Shown here piece by piece: positions 17,969-27,275 of a stretch of DNA of 64,000 nt. The notes beneath the pieces are model-generated. The model ran no database searches and was not told the origin of the DNA. It was given only the letters and a program-made list of their open reading frames with translations. The DNA comes from Sandaracinaceae bacterium (GTDB taxonomy: Bacteria > Myxococcota_A > Polyangia > Polyangiales > Sandaracinaceae): positions 61,403 to 125,402 of the forward strand of contig JBGAQA010000004.1 in NCBI GenBank assembly GCA_044220955.1. The letters run 5' to 3'. Position numbers and translations under genes: made by a program. Each line of letters starts with the position of its first letter. Within the stretch, counting starts at the first letter, position 1.

Positions 17969-18615
17969 AACGACCCCGCGTGACGCTCGAGCTCTCGTCG
18001 CCCTGGTTCGACCCGCTGCGTCCGATGCTGGCGCGCGTGAGCGTCGATCCGCTGCCGGACGCGGGCGCGCTGCAGGCGGCGCTCGGGGCGTTCGTCGCGC
18101 CGGAGCGGTTCGAGCCGCAGACGAAGAAGCGCTCGCGCGGCGTGCCGCTCTCGCTCGACGACCTCTACGAAGCGCGCATCGCGCGCCTCGGCGCGATCCC
18201 GACGCGCACGCACGCCCACGATCTGATGAACGCGCTCGTGTGGGCGACCTTCCCGCGCAGCAAGCGCGCGCTGGCTCAGCGCCAGTACCGGGCGCTCGTC
18301 GATCAGATCGGCGAGCGTCCGAGGAGGCTCCCGAACGCTCGGACGCGCGCGCGCGACGTGCTCGCGATGGTGGACGAGGGGGGCGTGCTCCTCTTGCGCG
18401 ACCAGCCCATCGTCTTCGGTCACGCGATCCACGAGCACCTCGCGCAGCTGGAGGCGCCCGTGCGCGGCTACCCGATCCCGCTCGATCTCGAGCCTTCGTC
18501 GCCCGCCGCGGTGATCGACGCCGCGCTCGCTGCGTGGCTCGAGCGCCTCGACTGCGAGGCGGCGCGCCCCGACGCGGTCACGCTCGCGCGAGCGGAGCCG
18601 GGGGGCGCCCGCTGA
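17965..18615 (+). CDS. DUF3025-like protein
   Basis: Blocks HDLMNALVWATFPRSKRAL, ERPRRLPNARTRARD and DEGGVLLL are as I recall for DUF3025. Family assignment is tentative. Confidence 0.55.
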   Translation: MKRPRVTLELSSPWFDPLRPMLARVSVDPLPDAGALQAALGAFVAPERFEPQTKKRSRGVPLSLDDLYEARIARLGAIPTRTHAHDLMNALVWATFPRSKRALAQRQYRALVDQIGERPRRLPNARTRARDVLAMVDEGGVLLLRDQPIVFGHAIHEHLAQLEAPVRGYPIPLDLEPSSPAAVIDAALAAWLERLDCEAARPDAVTLARAEPGGAR

Positions 18616-18678
18616 GGGGCCTCGCTGTGCAACTCGTGCGCAGCGCGCACCCTTCGTACACGGCGCAGCGGTGGCCGC

Positions 18679-19410
18679 TCAGGTCGCGTCGGGACCGCAC
18701 TCCGCGTGGACGACCGCCTGCAGCATCGCGCGGAACGCCGCGGTCGCCTCGGGGGCGGTCGACTCGTTCACGTGTACGACGCCCGCCCCGTCGGGCGCGG
18801 GGAGCGCCATGACGGTGACCGCCTGGACCGGGTCGCCGAGCGCGAGATCCACGTTCATCCGCACCATGCCCGTCGTGCTGACCGCGGCGCCGTGCTCGCA
18901 GCGCGCGCTCAGGACGAGCGGCTCGTTCGTCGCGATGTCCAGCGTCGGACCGTGCTCGAGGGTCGTCACGAGCTCGAGGGCGGGGCCGCTCGCGTCCGGG
19001 GCGAGCTCCAGCACCACGGCCGAGTACAGCGCGGGGGGCACCTCGCCGATGGCGATCTCGAAGGGCACGGTCCCGACCGAAACCAGGCCGATCCCCTCGG
19101 CGCGCGGGTCGAGCTCGGGACCGCGGTCGCCCACCATGCGCACGGCGGCGATGCGCAGATCGAGCCGCTCCACCGGCGTGGGCGGCCCCTCCGTCGCGCC
19201 CGGCAGGATCGCCACCGTCCCGGGCACTCCGGGCCCGCTTCCGTCGCCGGCGGAGCCGCCGTCGGGCATCGCCGGCGTGGGCCCACATGCGGCGAGCCCG
19301 AGCGACACGAGCGCCAGGGTGAGCGTTCGCCGCACATTCCCGCGATCGCGCCGAGCCGTCACGGCCGAGGATGGATGCGAGGACGAGGCCAACGGCGCTC
19401 CGGGGTTCAT
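18679..19410 (-). CDS. lipoprotein, function unknown
   Basis: Lipobox LALVSLGLAACG. 4-nt overlap with the upstream activator gene. Confidence 0.65.
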   Translation of the reverse strand: MNPGAPLASSSHPSSAVTARRDRGNVRRTLTLALVSLGLAACGPTPAMPDGGSAGDGSGPGVPGTVAILPGATEGPPTPVERLDLRIAAVRMVGDRGPELDPRAEGIGLVSVGTVPFEIAIGEVPPALYSAVVLELAPDASGPALELVTTLEHGPTLDIATNEPLVLSARCEHGAAVSTTGMVRMNVDLALGDPVQAVTVMALPAPDGAGVVHVNESTAPEATAAFRAMLQAVVHAECGPDAT

Positions 19411-20684
19411 CCGCGCCTCTTGAGGCCGTAGCGCTCCATCTTGTAGATGAGTCCCCGCCGCGAGATGCCGAGGCGAGCCGCCGCGTGCGTCTGGTTGCCG
19501 CCCGTCGCGGCGAGCGCTTCTTCGATGGCCTGGCGCTCGGTGTCCCCGATCCTGCCGCGCAGCGGGCCCTCCGCTTTTCCCGCGCCGCGCGGCAAGAGGC
19601 TCTCGATCGCATGCCGGTCGAGCGCGTCGCCGTCGACGATGGCCGAGGTGCGCGACAGGATGTTGCGTAGCTCGCGCACGTTGCCGGGGAAGGGGTAGTT
19701 GGCGAGCGCGTCGAGCGCGTCGTCGGTGAGCGTCTTGCCCGGTGCGATGTCGGCGAGGATCGCCCGGGCGAGCCCGGGCAGCTCGTCGAGCCTCGCGCGC
19801 AGCGGGGGGATCTCGATCCGGAACACGTCGAGGCGATAGAGCAGATCTCGCCGGAACGCGTCGTCGGCGGTCGCGCGGTCGAGGTCCCTGTGCGTCGCGG
19901 CGATCACGCGCACGTCGAGCGGCACCGGCTTGGTCCCCCCGACGCGCGTGACGGATCGCTCCTCGAGCGCGCGCAGCAGGCGCACCTGGTTCGAGGAGCG
20001 GAGCTCGCCCACCTCGTCGAGGAACACGGTGCCTCCGTTCGCCGCCTCGAGCACGCCGTCGCGGCGTGCGTCGGCGCCGGTGAACGCGCCCTTCTCGTGC
20101 CCGAAGAGCATCGACTCGGCGAGGGTCTCGGGGATCGCGCCGCAGTGCAGCGCGACGAAGGGCCCCTTGGCGCGCGCGCTCGTCTCGTGGATGCGGCGCG
20201 CGAGCACCTCCTTGCCGACGCCCGTCTCTCCGAGGAGCAGCACGTTCAGATCACAGCGCGCGGCGCGATCGGCGAGCGCCAGCGCGTGCTGCATCGAGCC
20301 GCGCGCTCCCAGCGGCCGCGCCTCGGCCGGGGGAAGGAGCAGCACGAACGAGGACGGCCCGACGTGCACCACGTCGTTGTGCGCGGCGAACGTCTCGCCC
20401 GACACGCGGCGCGAGCCGACGCGCGTGCCGTTGCGGCTCCCGTGGTCGGTGACGCGGACGCTCGACTTGCCGTCCCAGGTCAAGGTCGCGTGCAGGCGGC
20501 TCACCGCGGGGTCGTCGACGCGGATCTCCGAGCCGCGGCTTCGTCCGATCGCGACCGGGACCCCGGGACCGAGCTCGAAGATCCCGCGCGCGGGCCCCTC
20601 GACGCCGACGGCGCACGCGCTGCTCTGCTGCGCGGCGCGCCGCGCCGCTTCGGGGACGTCGATGGTGGTGGCTTCGTGGGTCAT
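19407..20684 (-). CDS. sigma-54-dependent transcriptional activator with N-terminal FHA domain (FHA/AAA+/Fis-HTH)
   Basis: FHA: GRSRGSEIRVDDPAVSRLHATL...GSRNGTRV. AAA+: Walker A GETGVGKE, GAFTGA loop intact, Walker B VFLDEVGEL. C-terminal HTH: AAARLGISRRGLIYKM. ATG 20684 verified. Confidence 0.9.
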   Translation of the reverse strand: MTHEATTIDVPEAARRAAQQSSACAVGVEGPARGIFELGPGVPVAIGRSRGSEIRVDDPAVSRLHATLTWDGKSSVRVTDHGSRNGTRVGSRRVSGETFAAHNDVVHVGPSSFVLLLPPAEARPLGARGSMQHALALADRAARCDLNVLLLGETGVGKEVLARRIHETSARAKGPFVALHCGAIPETLAESMLFGHEKGAFTGADARRDGVLEAANGGTVFLDEVGELRSSNQVRLLRALEERSVTRVGGTKPVPLDVRVIAATHRDLDRATADDAFRRDLLYRLDVFRIEIPPLRARLDELPGLARAILADIAPGKTLTDDALDALANYPFPGNVRELRNILSRTSAIVDGDALDRHAIESLLPRGAGKAEGPLRGRIGDTERQAIEEALAATGGNQTHAAARLGISRRGLIYKMERYGLKRRG

Positions 20685-20719
20685 CGTTGGCAGGAGCGCC
20701 CGGCTCGGCCGGGCCGAGG

Positions 20720-22120
20720 TCACTCGCCGCGTGGAGAGAAGTAGAGAGAGAGTGCGCCGTCGGAGGACACGAGGAAAGTGTGGTCCGAGAGCGGCGCGGC
20801 GGCCGTGACGTTTCCGGCGCTCGCGAGCGTGCCCGTGAGCACGACGCTTCCCGGCAGTGAGTCCAGCTGGATCTCGGCGATCTCGGCCTCGGCGACGGGG
20901 GCGGCTGCGGCGTCGCGCCCTGCCACGATCAGGGCCAGCCCCGGCCCGAGCGCGATCGCGCCGGCCGACTCCCGCGCTCGGAAGAGCGGCGGCGGCGCGG
21001 GAGACAGCGCGGCGATCGGGTCGCTGCCGGGCGCGGCGTCGGGCTGCACGACGAGCAGCGTCAGCTGACCGGTCGCCGCTCCCGTCGCGTCCACGCCTCC
21101 TGCCAGCAAGACCAGGCCCGTGTCGAGCGCGCACGCGGCGGCCCGGACGGCCAGACCCGGCACCACGACGGAGCGCGGCGCGTCCTGCCCGCTCGGGTCG
21201 AGCAGCACGAGGTCCGGCGCGGCGGAGGCCGCTCGCCGGCCGTCGAGGACGAGCACGCGCGGCTCCGGCGTGGCGCGTCGCCGCGCCAGCAGCGGGACGG
21301 CGCGCGCGGCCGTGCGCGCGTGCTGCAAGGGAGCGAGCGCCGTCGCGATCAGGTGCGCGCCGTCCCACTCCACGCGCGTCACGTCCGGGGCGAGCGATCC
21401 GTCGCTGCGCGTGCCACCGACGACGAGCACGGTCGCCGCGTCGACCGACGCGATCGCGGCGCCGTCGACGATCGGCAGCTCCGCTCCGGCGATCTCGGCG
21501 ATCACGGCGCCTCGCGCATCGACGAGCGACGCGCCCGGCGCTGCACCGCCGACGACGAGCACGTGGCGGTCGAGGGCGACGGCCGCGCCGCCGATTCGCG
21601 GAGCGGGCCATGGCGTGCGCGCCTCGATGGCAGGCAGGCCGCCCGGGCCGTGCGCGACGAAGCGCGTGAGCCCGGCCGCGGAGGCGAGCAGCGCGCCGTC
21701 CGCGCTCGGCACGACGGCGAGGTAGGGATCGCTCGCGTCACCGGTCGCCACCGGCGCGAAGCGTCCGAGGACGCCGAGCGACACGTCCGGGGAGTGGCTG
21801 GCGCCTGCCGGCGAGACGTCGAACGGAAACGATCGACCGCGCGCGAGCACGAGCCCCGAGAGCTCGGTCTCGACGATGACCGCGTAGCCGTTGCCGAAGG
21901 GCATCGGGGGAAGGGTCAGCGCCGTCGCGTCGGGAGCGAAGCGCACCGTCGTGCCCGGCTCGCGCACGCCGTCTCGCTCCATGGTCACGGCGATCGCGGT
22001 CGCCGTTCCCGCGAAGAAGGGGTCGTCGCCGAGCGCCACGACGCGGAAGGGCACGCTCGCTCTCGAGGTGCAGGCGCCCAGGGCGAGCAGAGCGCACGCG
22101 AGCTGCAGGCGCTCGCTCAA
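20720..22120 (-). CDS. lipoprotein with degenerate Kelch-like beta-propeller repeats
   Basis: Lipobox LLALGACTS. Recurring ...VLVVGG / LLAGG blades. TTG 22120 overlaps the upstream stop (TTGA). Confidence 0.6.
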   Translation of the reverse strand: MSERLQLACALLALGACTSRASVPFRVVALGDDPFFAGTATAIAVTMERDGVREPGTTVRFAPDATALTLPPMPFGNGYAVIVETELSGLVLARGRSFPFDVSPAGASHSPDVSLGVLGRFAPVATGDASDPYLAVVPSADGALLASAAGLTRFVAHGPGGLPAIEARTPWPAPRIGGAAVALDRHVLVVGGAAPGASLVDARGAVIAEIAGAELPIVDGAAIASVDAATVLVVGGTRSDGSLAPDVTRVEWDGAHLIATALAPLQHARTAARAVPLLARRRATPEPRVLVLDGRRAASAAPDLVLLDPSGQDAPRSVVVPGLAVRAAACALDTGLVLLAGGVDATGAATGQLTLLVVQPDAAPGSDPIAALSPAPPPLFRARESAGAIALGPGLALIVAGRDAAAAPVAEAEIAEIQLDSLPGSVVLTGTLASAGNVTAAAPLSDHTFLVSSDGALSLYFSPRGE

Positions 22121-23271
22121 GGCCGGATGACCTCTCCGACGCCGATCCAGCCCGGGGTCGAGGGCGCGAGCGCGACGCCGATCCCGATCGCGATCGCGGC
22201 CGCGACGGCCGCGCCGACGCCGACGCCGACGCCGACGACGACGGCGGTGTCGGGGCCGGTGTCGATCGGGGCGAGCAGGGCGGCGGCCAGCTCGTCGGGC
22301 GTCGCCGATCCGGCCGCGCGCACGCTGCGAGCGCCGAGCACCGCATGGAGGCCGCCCCCTGGCTCGCGCGTCAGGTCGAGCACGCGGAGCCTGCGGCCGA
22401 GGGCAGCGGCGCCGCGCTCGACCAGGGGATCGATCGGGGCGCCAGGCGGGCCGCTCGCCGCGAGCGCGGCGGCCGGATCGACCGCCAGCGCGACGGCAAG
22501 CGCGGCCGGCCCCTCGCCGACCCCCAGCACCACGCGTCTCGTGCTGCTCGCGAACCCGGTGCGCGAGACCGTGACCCAGTGCATGCCGCAGCCGAGCTCG
22601 GGGGGCATCGCCCGCTGCACGCCGTCGACCGCGACCGCGGCGTCGCTCGGATCGACCGTCAGCGTGACGGCACAGCCGGGGATCGCCGCTCGCGCCGCCT
22701 CGACGCGCGCCGCGAGCGTCGGCGGGTAGCGCTCCGGATCCACGGCGAGGGCGGGATCGATCGCGAGCGCGTGACGCACCGCCTCGTTCGCGCGCGCATC
22801 GTCGCCCATGGCGCCGTGCACCATCGCGCGCAGCAGCATCACCGCCACGATCTCGGCCGGTGAGCGGACCCCCTCCGCGTCCGCCGCCTCGAGCGCGGCG
22901 TCGAGGTCCCGCTCGGCGTCGGTGAGCGCGAGCGCGGCGAACGCCTCGTCCGCCCGCAGCGTGGCCTCGGCCACGCCGCCCCGCGGTGTCTCCGCGCTCG
23001 CGGGCGCGGGCGCGCGCACGATGTCGACGCCCTCCGCGGTGCGTCGCTCGACGATGCGATCCGCCAATGCGCTGGCCTCCCGGGCCAGCGCCTCGCTCGC
23101 GCGAACCACCAACACCTCGCGCGGCTCCTGCGCGAACGCCGGGGTCGCGAGTGCGGTCAGGGCGAAAACGAGGCAAGATCGAGCGCTGGCGTGGACGAAG
23201 TGCTCTCGGGGCGTCTGGGTCGATACGCGCTCCTCGGCCGGGTCGGCCGCGGGGGGATGGGCGAGGTGCAT
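22117..23271 (-). CDS. secreted helical/PEGA-like protein with Gly-rich C-terminal membrane anchor
   Basis: Signal-like CLVFALTALATPAFAQE. PEGA-like CAVTLTVDPSDAAVAVDGV. Anchor VVVGVGVGVGAAVAAAIAIGIGVA. The only in-frame start upstream of the signal is ATG 23271, which overlaps the divergent kinase gene. Confidence 0.55.
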   Translation of the reverse strand: MHLAHPPAADPAEERVSTQTPREHFVHASARSCLVFALTALATPAFAQEPREVLVVRASEALAREASALADRIVERRTAEGVDIVRAPAPASAETPRGGVAEATLRADEAFAALALTDAERDLDAALEAADAEGVRSPAEIVAVMLLRAMVHGAMGDDARANEAVRHALAIDPALAVDPERYPPTLAARVEAARAAIPGCAVTLTVDPSDAAVAVDGVQRAMPPELGCGMHWVTVSRTGFASSTRRVVLGVGEGPAALAVALAVDPAAALAASGPPGAPIDPLVERGAAALGRRLRVLDLTREPGGGLHAVLGARSVRAAGSATPDELAAALLAPIDTGPDTAVVVGVGVGVGAAVAAAIAIGIGVALAPSTPGWIGVGEVIRP

Positions 23272-24759
23272 CGCGCGCGCGCCTTCGGTGCCGCGGGCGT
23301 CACCAAGGAGCTCTGCATCAAGCGCATTCGCTGCGAGCGCCTGGCCGATCCGGCGTCGCTCGGGCGCTTCGTCGCCGAGGCGCGCGTCTCGATGAGGCTC
23401 TCGCACGCGAACATCGTATCCGTCTTCGATTTCGGGCGCAGCGAGAACGACTACTACCTCGCGATGGAGTGGGTCGATGGCTGCGATCTGCGACAGATGA
23501 TCGCCGCCGTGGAGGCGCGCGGGGAGCGCCTGCCGGAGGACGTCGCGCTCTTCGTCGCGGCCGAGATCGCGCGCGGGCTGGCCTACGTGCACGGCCTGCC
23601 CGACGAGCGGCGCCTCGCGCACTGCGATCTCAAGCCCGCCAACGTCCTGGTCTCTCGCGCAGGCGAGGTGAAGCTCGCCGACTTCGGCGTCGCGGTGCAC
23701 GAGGCGAGCACGGGAGGCGCGGGCGGGACTCGGCGCTACATGGCGCCCGAGCAGCGCTCCGGCGTCTCGGTCGGTCCGGCGGTGGATCTCTACGCGCTCG
23801 GTCTCGTGCTCGACGAGCTGCTCGGGGGGAGGTTCAACGAGCGACCGATCCCCGACGACGCGGCCGCAGGAGACGACTACGTCGCGCCGGCCGACGTCTC
23901 GCCGAGCGTCGGGGCGCTGCTCTTGCGGCTGTGCGCGCGCGAGCCCGAGGCCCGCCCCGCGAACGCCGGCGAGGTGGTCGACGCCCTCGAGGCGCTCCTC
24001 GCGGAGGCGCGCGTGCGCAGCAAGCGCTCGCCGCGCGATCTGCTCGCGCGCGAGGCGAGCGCGCTGGCGTCGGCGGCCAAGGGGGCGGCCACCGAGTCCG
24101 TCGAGGAGTTCCGGACGGATGCCTCGTACGTCACCGAGGGCGAGAGCGAGACGTTCGCGCGTCGCATGCGGCCCGACGCGTCGCCCCGGTCGCAGTCGCG
24201 CACCACGCCGCTGCCACCAGGACCTCCTCCGTCGCGGAGCCCCGGACGCGTGGTCGCCATCGGCGCCGCGATCGCGCTCGGCCTCTTCCTCTTCTCTCTC
24301 CCTCGCCGGCCGGTGCCGGCCCCCGTGGCGCTCGAGGCGACAGGGGCGCCCGCCGCATCTGCCGCTCCGGTCGTCGATCGCGGCCGGGCCCCCGCCTCCG
24401 TCCCCGCCGTCGGCCCGGCCCTCGTCCCCGTCGCCGCCCCCGGCGTCGCTTCCGCCTCGCGTCACCCGCCGCGTCCACCCTCCACGCGGCTCGAGGCTCC
24501 TCTCACGCCGGCTGCCGCGCCGCCGGCTCCCGCGCCCGCCGCTCCAGCGCTGGTGCGTCTGAACGCGCGTCCGTGGGCGGACGTCACGATCGACGGCGAG
24601 GCGCGCGGCGTCACGCCGCTCGTCGGGGTCGCGCTCGCGCCGGGGGCGCACGACATCGTCTTCTCGAACCCCGCCCTCGACGTCACGCGCACCGAGCACG
24701 TGGAGCTGGCGGCCGGCGAGCGCCGCGACGTGATCGTGGATCTGCGCAGCGGGCGCTGA
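23191..24759 (+). CDS. Ser/Thr protein kinase with C-terminal PEGA domain
   Basis: G-loop GRGGMGEV, catalytic HCDLKPANV (non-RD), DFG and MAPEQ. TM segment, then PEGA-like RPWADVTIDGEARGVTPL. Confidence 0.9.
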   Translation: MDEVLSGRLGRYALLGRVGRGGMGEVHRARAFGAAGVTKELCIKRIRCERLADPASLGRFVAEARVSMRLSHANIVSVFDFGRSENDYYLAMEWVDGCDLRQMIAAVEARGERLPEDVALFVAAEIARGLAYVHGLPDERRLAHCDLKPANVLVSRAGEVKLADFGVAVHEASTGGAGGTRRYMAPEQRSGVSVGPAVDLYALGLVLDELLGGRFNERPIPDDAAAGDDYVAPADVSPSVGALLLRLCAREPEARPANAGEVVDALEALLAEARVRSKRSPRDLLAREASALASAAKGAATESVEEFRTDASYVTEGESETFARRMRPDASPRSQSRTTPLPPGPPPSRSPGRVVAIGAAIALGLFLFSLPRRPVPAPVALEATGAPAASAAPVVDRGRAPASVPAVGPALVPVAAPGVASASRHPPRPPSTRLEAPLTPAAAPPAPAPAAPALVRLNARPWADVTIDGEARGVTPLVGVALAPGAHDIVFSNPALDVTRTEHVELAAGERRDVIVDLRSGR

Positions 24760-24770
24760 CCCTCCGCGGC

Positions 24771-25520
24771 TCAGGGGCAGGCGCCGCCGCCGTCGACGCA
24801 GACCGGCACTCCGACTCCGGGATACGCGCAGCACGGTGCGGCGCCACAGCCGTCGCACGGGCAGCTCGTGCAGCCTCCGGGCACGAAGACGTCGCGGCAG
24901 TTGCCGGCCGCGCACACCTGGTTGCCGCGGCAGGCGCGCCCGCAGTCGCCACAGTTCCCTGGGTCGCGGCGCAGATCCACGCAGGCGCCGTCGCAGCTGG
25001 TCGTCGCGCCGGGGCAGTCCATCCGGATGCAGACCCCGCCGGCACAGCGGTCGGGGCACGCGTGGCCGGGCGCGCCGCAGTTGTCGGGATCGGACGCGAG
25101 ATCGATGCACCGGCCGCCGACGTCGGTGTAGGGCGGGCGGCAGACGCACGCGCCCGACACACAGACCTGGAGCGCGGCGCAGCTCGCGTGCGAAGCGCCG
25201 CAGTCGCCCGGGTTGCCGAGCGGGCCACCGTTGCTCCCGCTGCAGACGCCGGAGACGCACGCCTCGGTCGTCCCGCATCCGTGCCCGCAGCCCCCGCAGT
25301 TCCGCGGGTCCGACGCGAGCTGTGCACAGGTGCCGCCGCAGTCCACGAGCCCCGCGCCGCAGCTCGTCGCCGAGTCGGTGCCCGGAACGACGGCCGCGTC
25401 GCGTCCGCTGGCGGGACCTCCGTCGCCCCCCAGCCGCCCCGGGTCCGGCGACACGACCGCCGAGCAGCCAGAGCTGGAGAGCACGAGAGCGATCGAGGTG
25501 AGCGCGGCGCATCGAAGCAT
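24771..25520 (-). CDS. cysteine-rich lipoprotein, about 3 Stig1-like units plus conserved C-terminal cap
   Basis: Lipobox VLSSSGCS. Units such as CAQLASDPRNCGGCGHGCGTTEACVSGVC. Ends CTSCPCDGCGAAPCCAYPGVGVPVCVDGGGACP. ATG 25520 verified. Confidence 0.8.
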   Translation of the reverse strand: MLRCAALTSIALVLSSSGCSAVVSPDPGRLGGDGGPASGRDAAVVPGTDSATSCGAGLVDCGGTCAQLASDPRNCGGCGHGCGTTEACVSGVCSGSNGGPLGNPGDCGASHASCAALQVCVSGACVCRPPYTDVGGRCIDLASDPDNCGAPGHACPDRCAGGVCIRMDCPGATTSCDGACVDLRRDPGNCGDCGRACRGNQVCAAGNCRDVFVPGGCTSCPCDGCGAAPCCAYPGVGVPVCVDGGGACP

Positions 25521-25594
25521 GCCGGTACGCGTGCAAGGATCGCGCGCGCCGACGCGCCTCGCGAAGCACCGTGCGCGCGCCGCCGCGCTGTGCA

Positions 25595-25612
25595 GCGCAG
25601 TGCGCACTGCGC
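25595..25612. promoter_or_regulatory. 18-bp perfect palindrome GCGCAGTGCGCACTGCGC, candidate activator binding site
   Basis: Verified base by base. Its centre is about 72 nt upstream of the -24 GG of the sigma-54-like element. Confidence 0.4.
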
Positions 25613-25673
25613 ATCGGCCGTACGGCATCTGGAAGTTGCGGCCCGAAAACAAGCCGAGTTCAGCCGCGCGGCT

Positions 25674-25688
25674 GGGCGCGCTCCTTGC
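25674..25688 (+). promoter_or_regulatory. sigma-54-type -24/-12 promoter candidate GGGCGCG-CTCC-TTGC
   Basis: Matches TGGCACG-N4-TTGC at 9 of 11 specified positions with correct GG-N10-GC spacing. 33 nt to ATG 25722 leaves a leader of about 22 nt carrying GAGGAGGA. Confidence 0.45.
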
Positions 25689-25721
25689 GTTGGAGGTGCG
25701 GTCCAACCGAGGAGGACGCGG

Positions 25722-27155
25722 ATGACGCATCGAGGATTGGCTTGGTCTTGCCTGTGTACGAGCGCGCTCGCGCTCGCGCTCCTGTCGATCGGCTGCAGCG
25801 CCAGCGAGAGCAACCCCGCCACCGACGGCGGCGCCGGCGGCAACGACGCGAACACCGCTGGGCGCGACACGGGCGTGTCCGGTCGGGACACCGGCCCGGC
25901 CGTCCCCGACACCGGCCCCGCGGTCTGCACCGCTCCGCTGAGCACGTGCGGCCCGGCGTGCGTGAACCTGCAGACCGACGGCGCCAACTGCGGCGGCTGC
26001 TTGCACGCGTGCGCGACGAACCAGACCTGCAGCTCCGGCGTCTGCGCGTGCAGCACGGGCCTGGTGACCTGCGGCCCCGACTGCGCCGATCTCTCGAGCG
26101 ACACGCAGCACTGCGGCTCGTGCCCCAACCGATGCGACACGGGCGAGGCGTGCGTCTCGGGCGCGTGCACCTGCCTTTCGCCGGCGATCACCTGCCCCGG
26201 CGGCTGCTTCGACGTCTCGAGCGATCCGCAGCACTGCGGCACGTGCGGCAACGCGTGCGGCTCGGGCGCGATCTGCACCTCGGGCGCGTGCGCGTGCCCG
26301 AGCGGCACCACGTCGTGCGGCGCGGGCGCGGGCTGCACCACCGACACGACCTTCCAGAACGACCCGCTGAACTGCGGCACCTGCGGTCACGCATGCGCGA
26401 CCGGACAGACGTGCACGGCTGGCGTGTGCGCGTGCCCGGGCAGCGGGATCGTGTGCGGCGGCGCGTGCGTGGACGTCTCCACCGACCCGAGCAACTGCGG
26501 CACCTGCGGTCGTGACTGCGGTGCCGGCAACACGTGTGTCTCCGGCAACTGCGTGTGCGGCGGCGGGCTCACCAGCTGTCCCGTGGGCGGCGGCGGCAGC
26601 GTCTGCACCGACACGCAGACCGATCCGCGTCACTGCGGCACGTGCGCCATGCGCTGCAACTTCGGGGAGGCGTGCGTCGCGGGCGCGTGCCAGGTGAACA
26701 CCACCTCCGACCCCACGAACTGCGGCACGGTGGGCCACACCTGCGCGGACACCGAGTACTGCTCGGCCGGCGCGTGCGTCTGCCGACCGGGTCTCACCGA
26801 CGTCGGCGGCAACTGCGTCGACCTGCAGACCGATCCGACGAATTGCGGCACCGTCGGCAACGCGTGCGGCGGCGCGACGCCGGTCTGCCGGGCGGGGAGC
26901 TGCGTCGGCACGGGGATGTGCGGCGGCGGCGGCAGCCCCATGCGCGTCTGCGACGGCGCTTGCGTCGACATCCGCACCGACCCGCTGAACTGCGACGGTT
27001 GCGGCAACGTCTGCGGCGTGGACCAGGTGTGCGATGGCGGTTGCCAGGACTACGTCCCGACGACGTGCACCACCTGCCCCTGCACGACGTGCATGGGCGG
27101 CGGCGGTTTCACCTGCACGACGTACGGCACCGGCGTGATCTGCGTCGGCGGCTGA
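25722..27155 (+). CDS. cysteine-rich lipoprotein, about 9 Stig1-like units plus C-terminal cap
   Basis: Lipobox LLSIGCS. Repeats of C..C.D...D..NCG.CG..C..G..C..G.C. Ends CTTCPCTTCMGGGGFTCTTYGTGVICVGG. GAGGAGGA lies 5 nt before the ATG. Confidence 0.85.
   Translation: MTHRGLAWSCLCTSALALALLSIGCSASESNPATDGGAGGNDANTAGRDTGVSGRDTGPAVPDTGPAVCTAPLSTCGPACVNLQTDGANCGGCLHACATNQTCSSGVCACSTGLVTCGPDCADLSSDTQHCGSCPNRCDTGEACVSGACTCLSPAITCPGGCFDVSSDPQHCGTCGNACGSGAICTSGACACPSGTTSCGAGAGCTTDTTFQNDPLNCGTCGHACATGQTCTAGVCACPGSGIVCGGACVDVSTDPSNCGTCGRDCGAGNTCVSGNCVCGGGLTSCPVGGGGSVCTDTQTDPRHCGTCAMRCNFGEACVAGACQVNTTSDPTNCGTVGHTCADTEYCSAGACVCRPGLTDVGGNCVDLQTDPTNCGTVGNACGGATPVCRAGSCVGTGMCGGGGSPMRVCDGACVDIRTDPLNCDGCGNVCGVDQVCDGGCQDYVPTTCTTCPCTTCMGGGGFTCTTYGTGVICVGG
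25926..27152 (+). repeat. in-frame tandem array of about 35-aa Stig1-like Cys units (coding)
   Basis: Nine [NHD]CG.C cores counted in the translation. Confidence 0.8.
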
Positions 27156-27275
27156 GCCGACCTCGACCGCCGCGGAGCCTCGCCGACAAGGACGGGGCTC
27201 CGCGCGCGTCTGCCTCGCAACCTCGACTCGAACCGTCTCTGTCTCCCGGACCGCTCGCCCCAAGGAGGATCGCTC

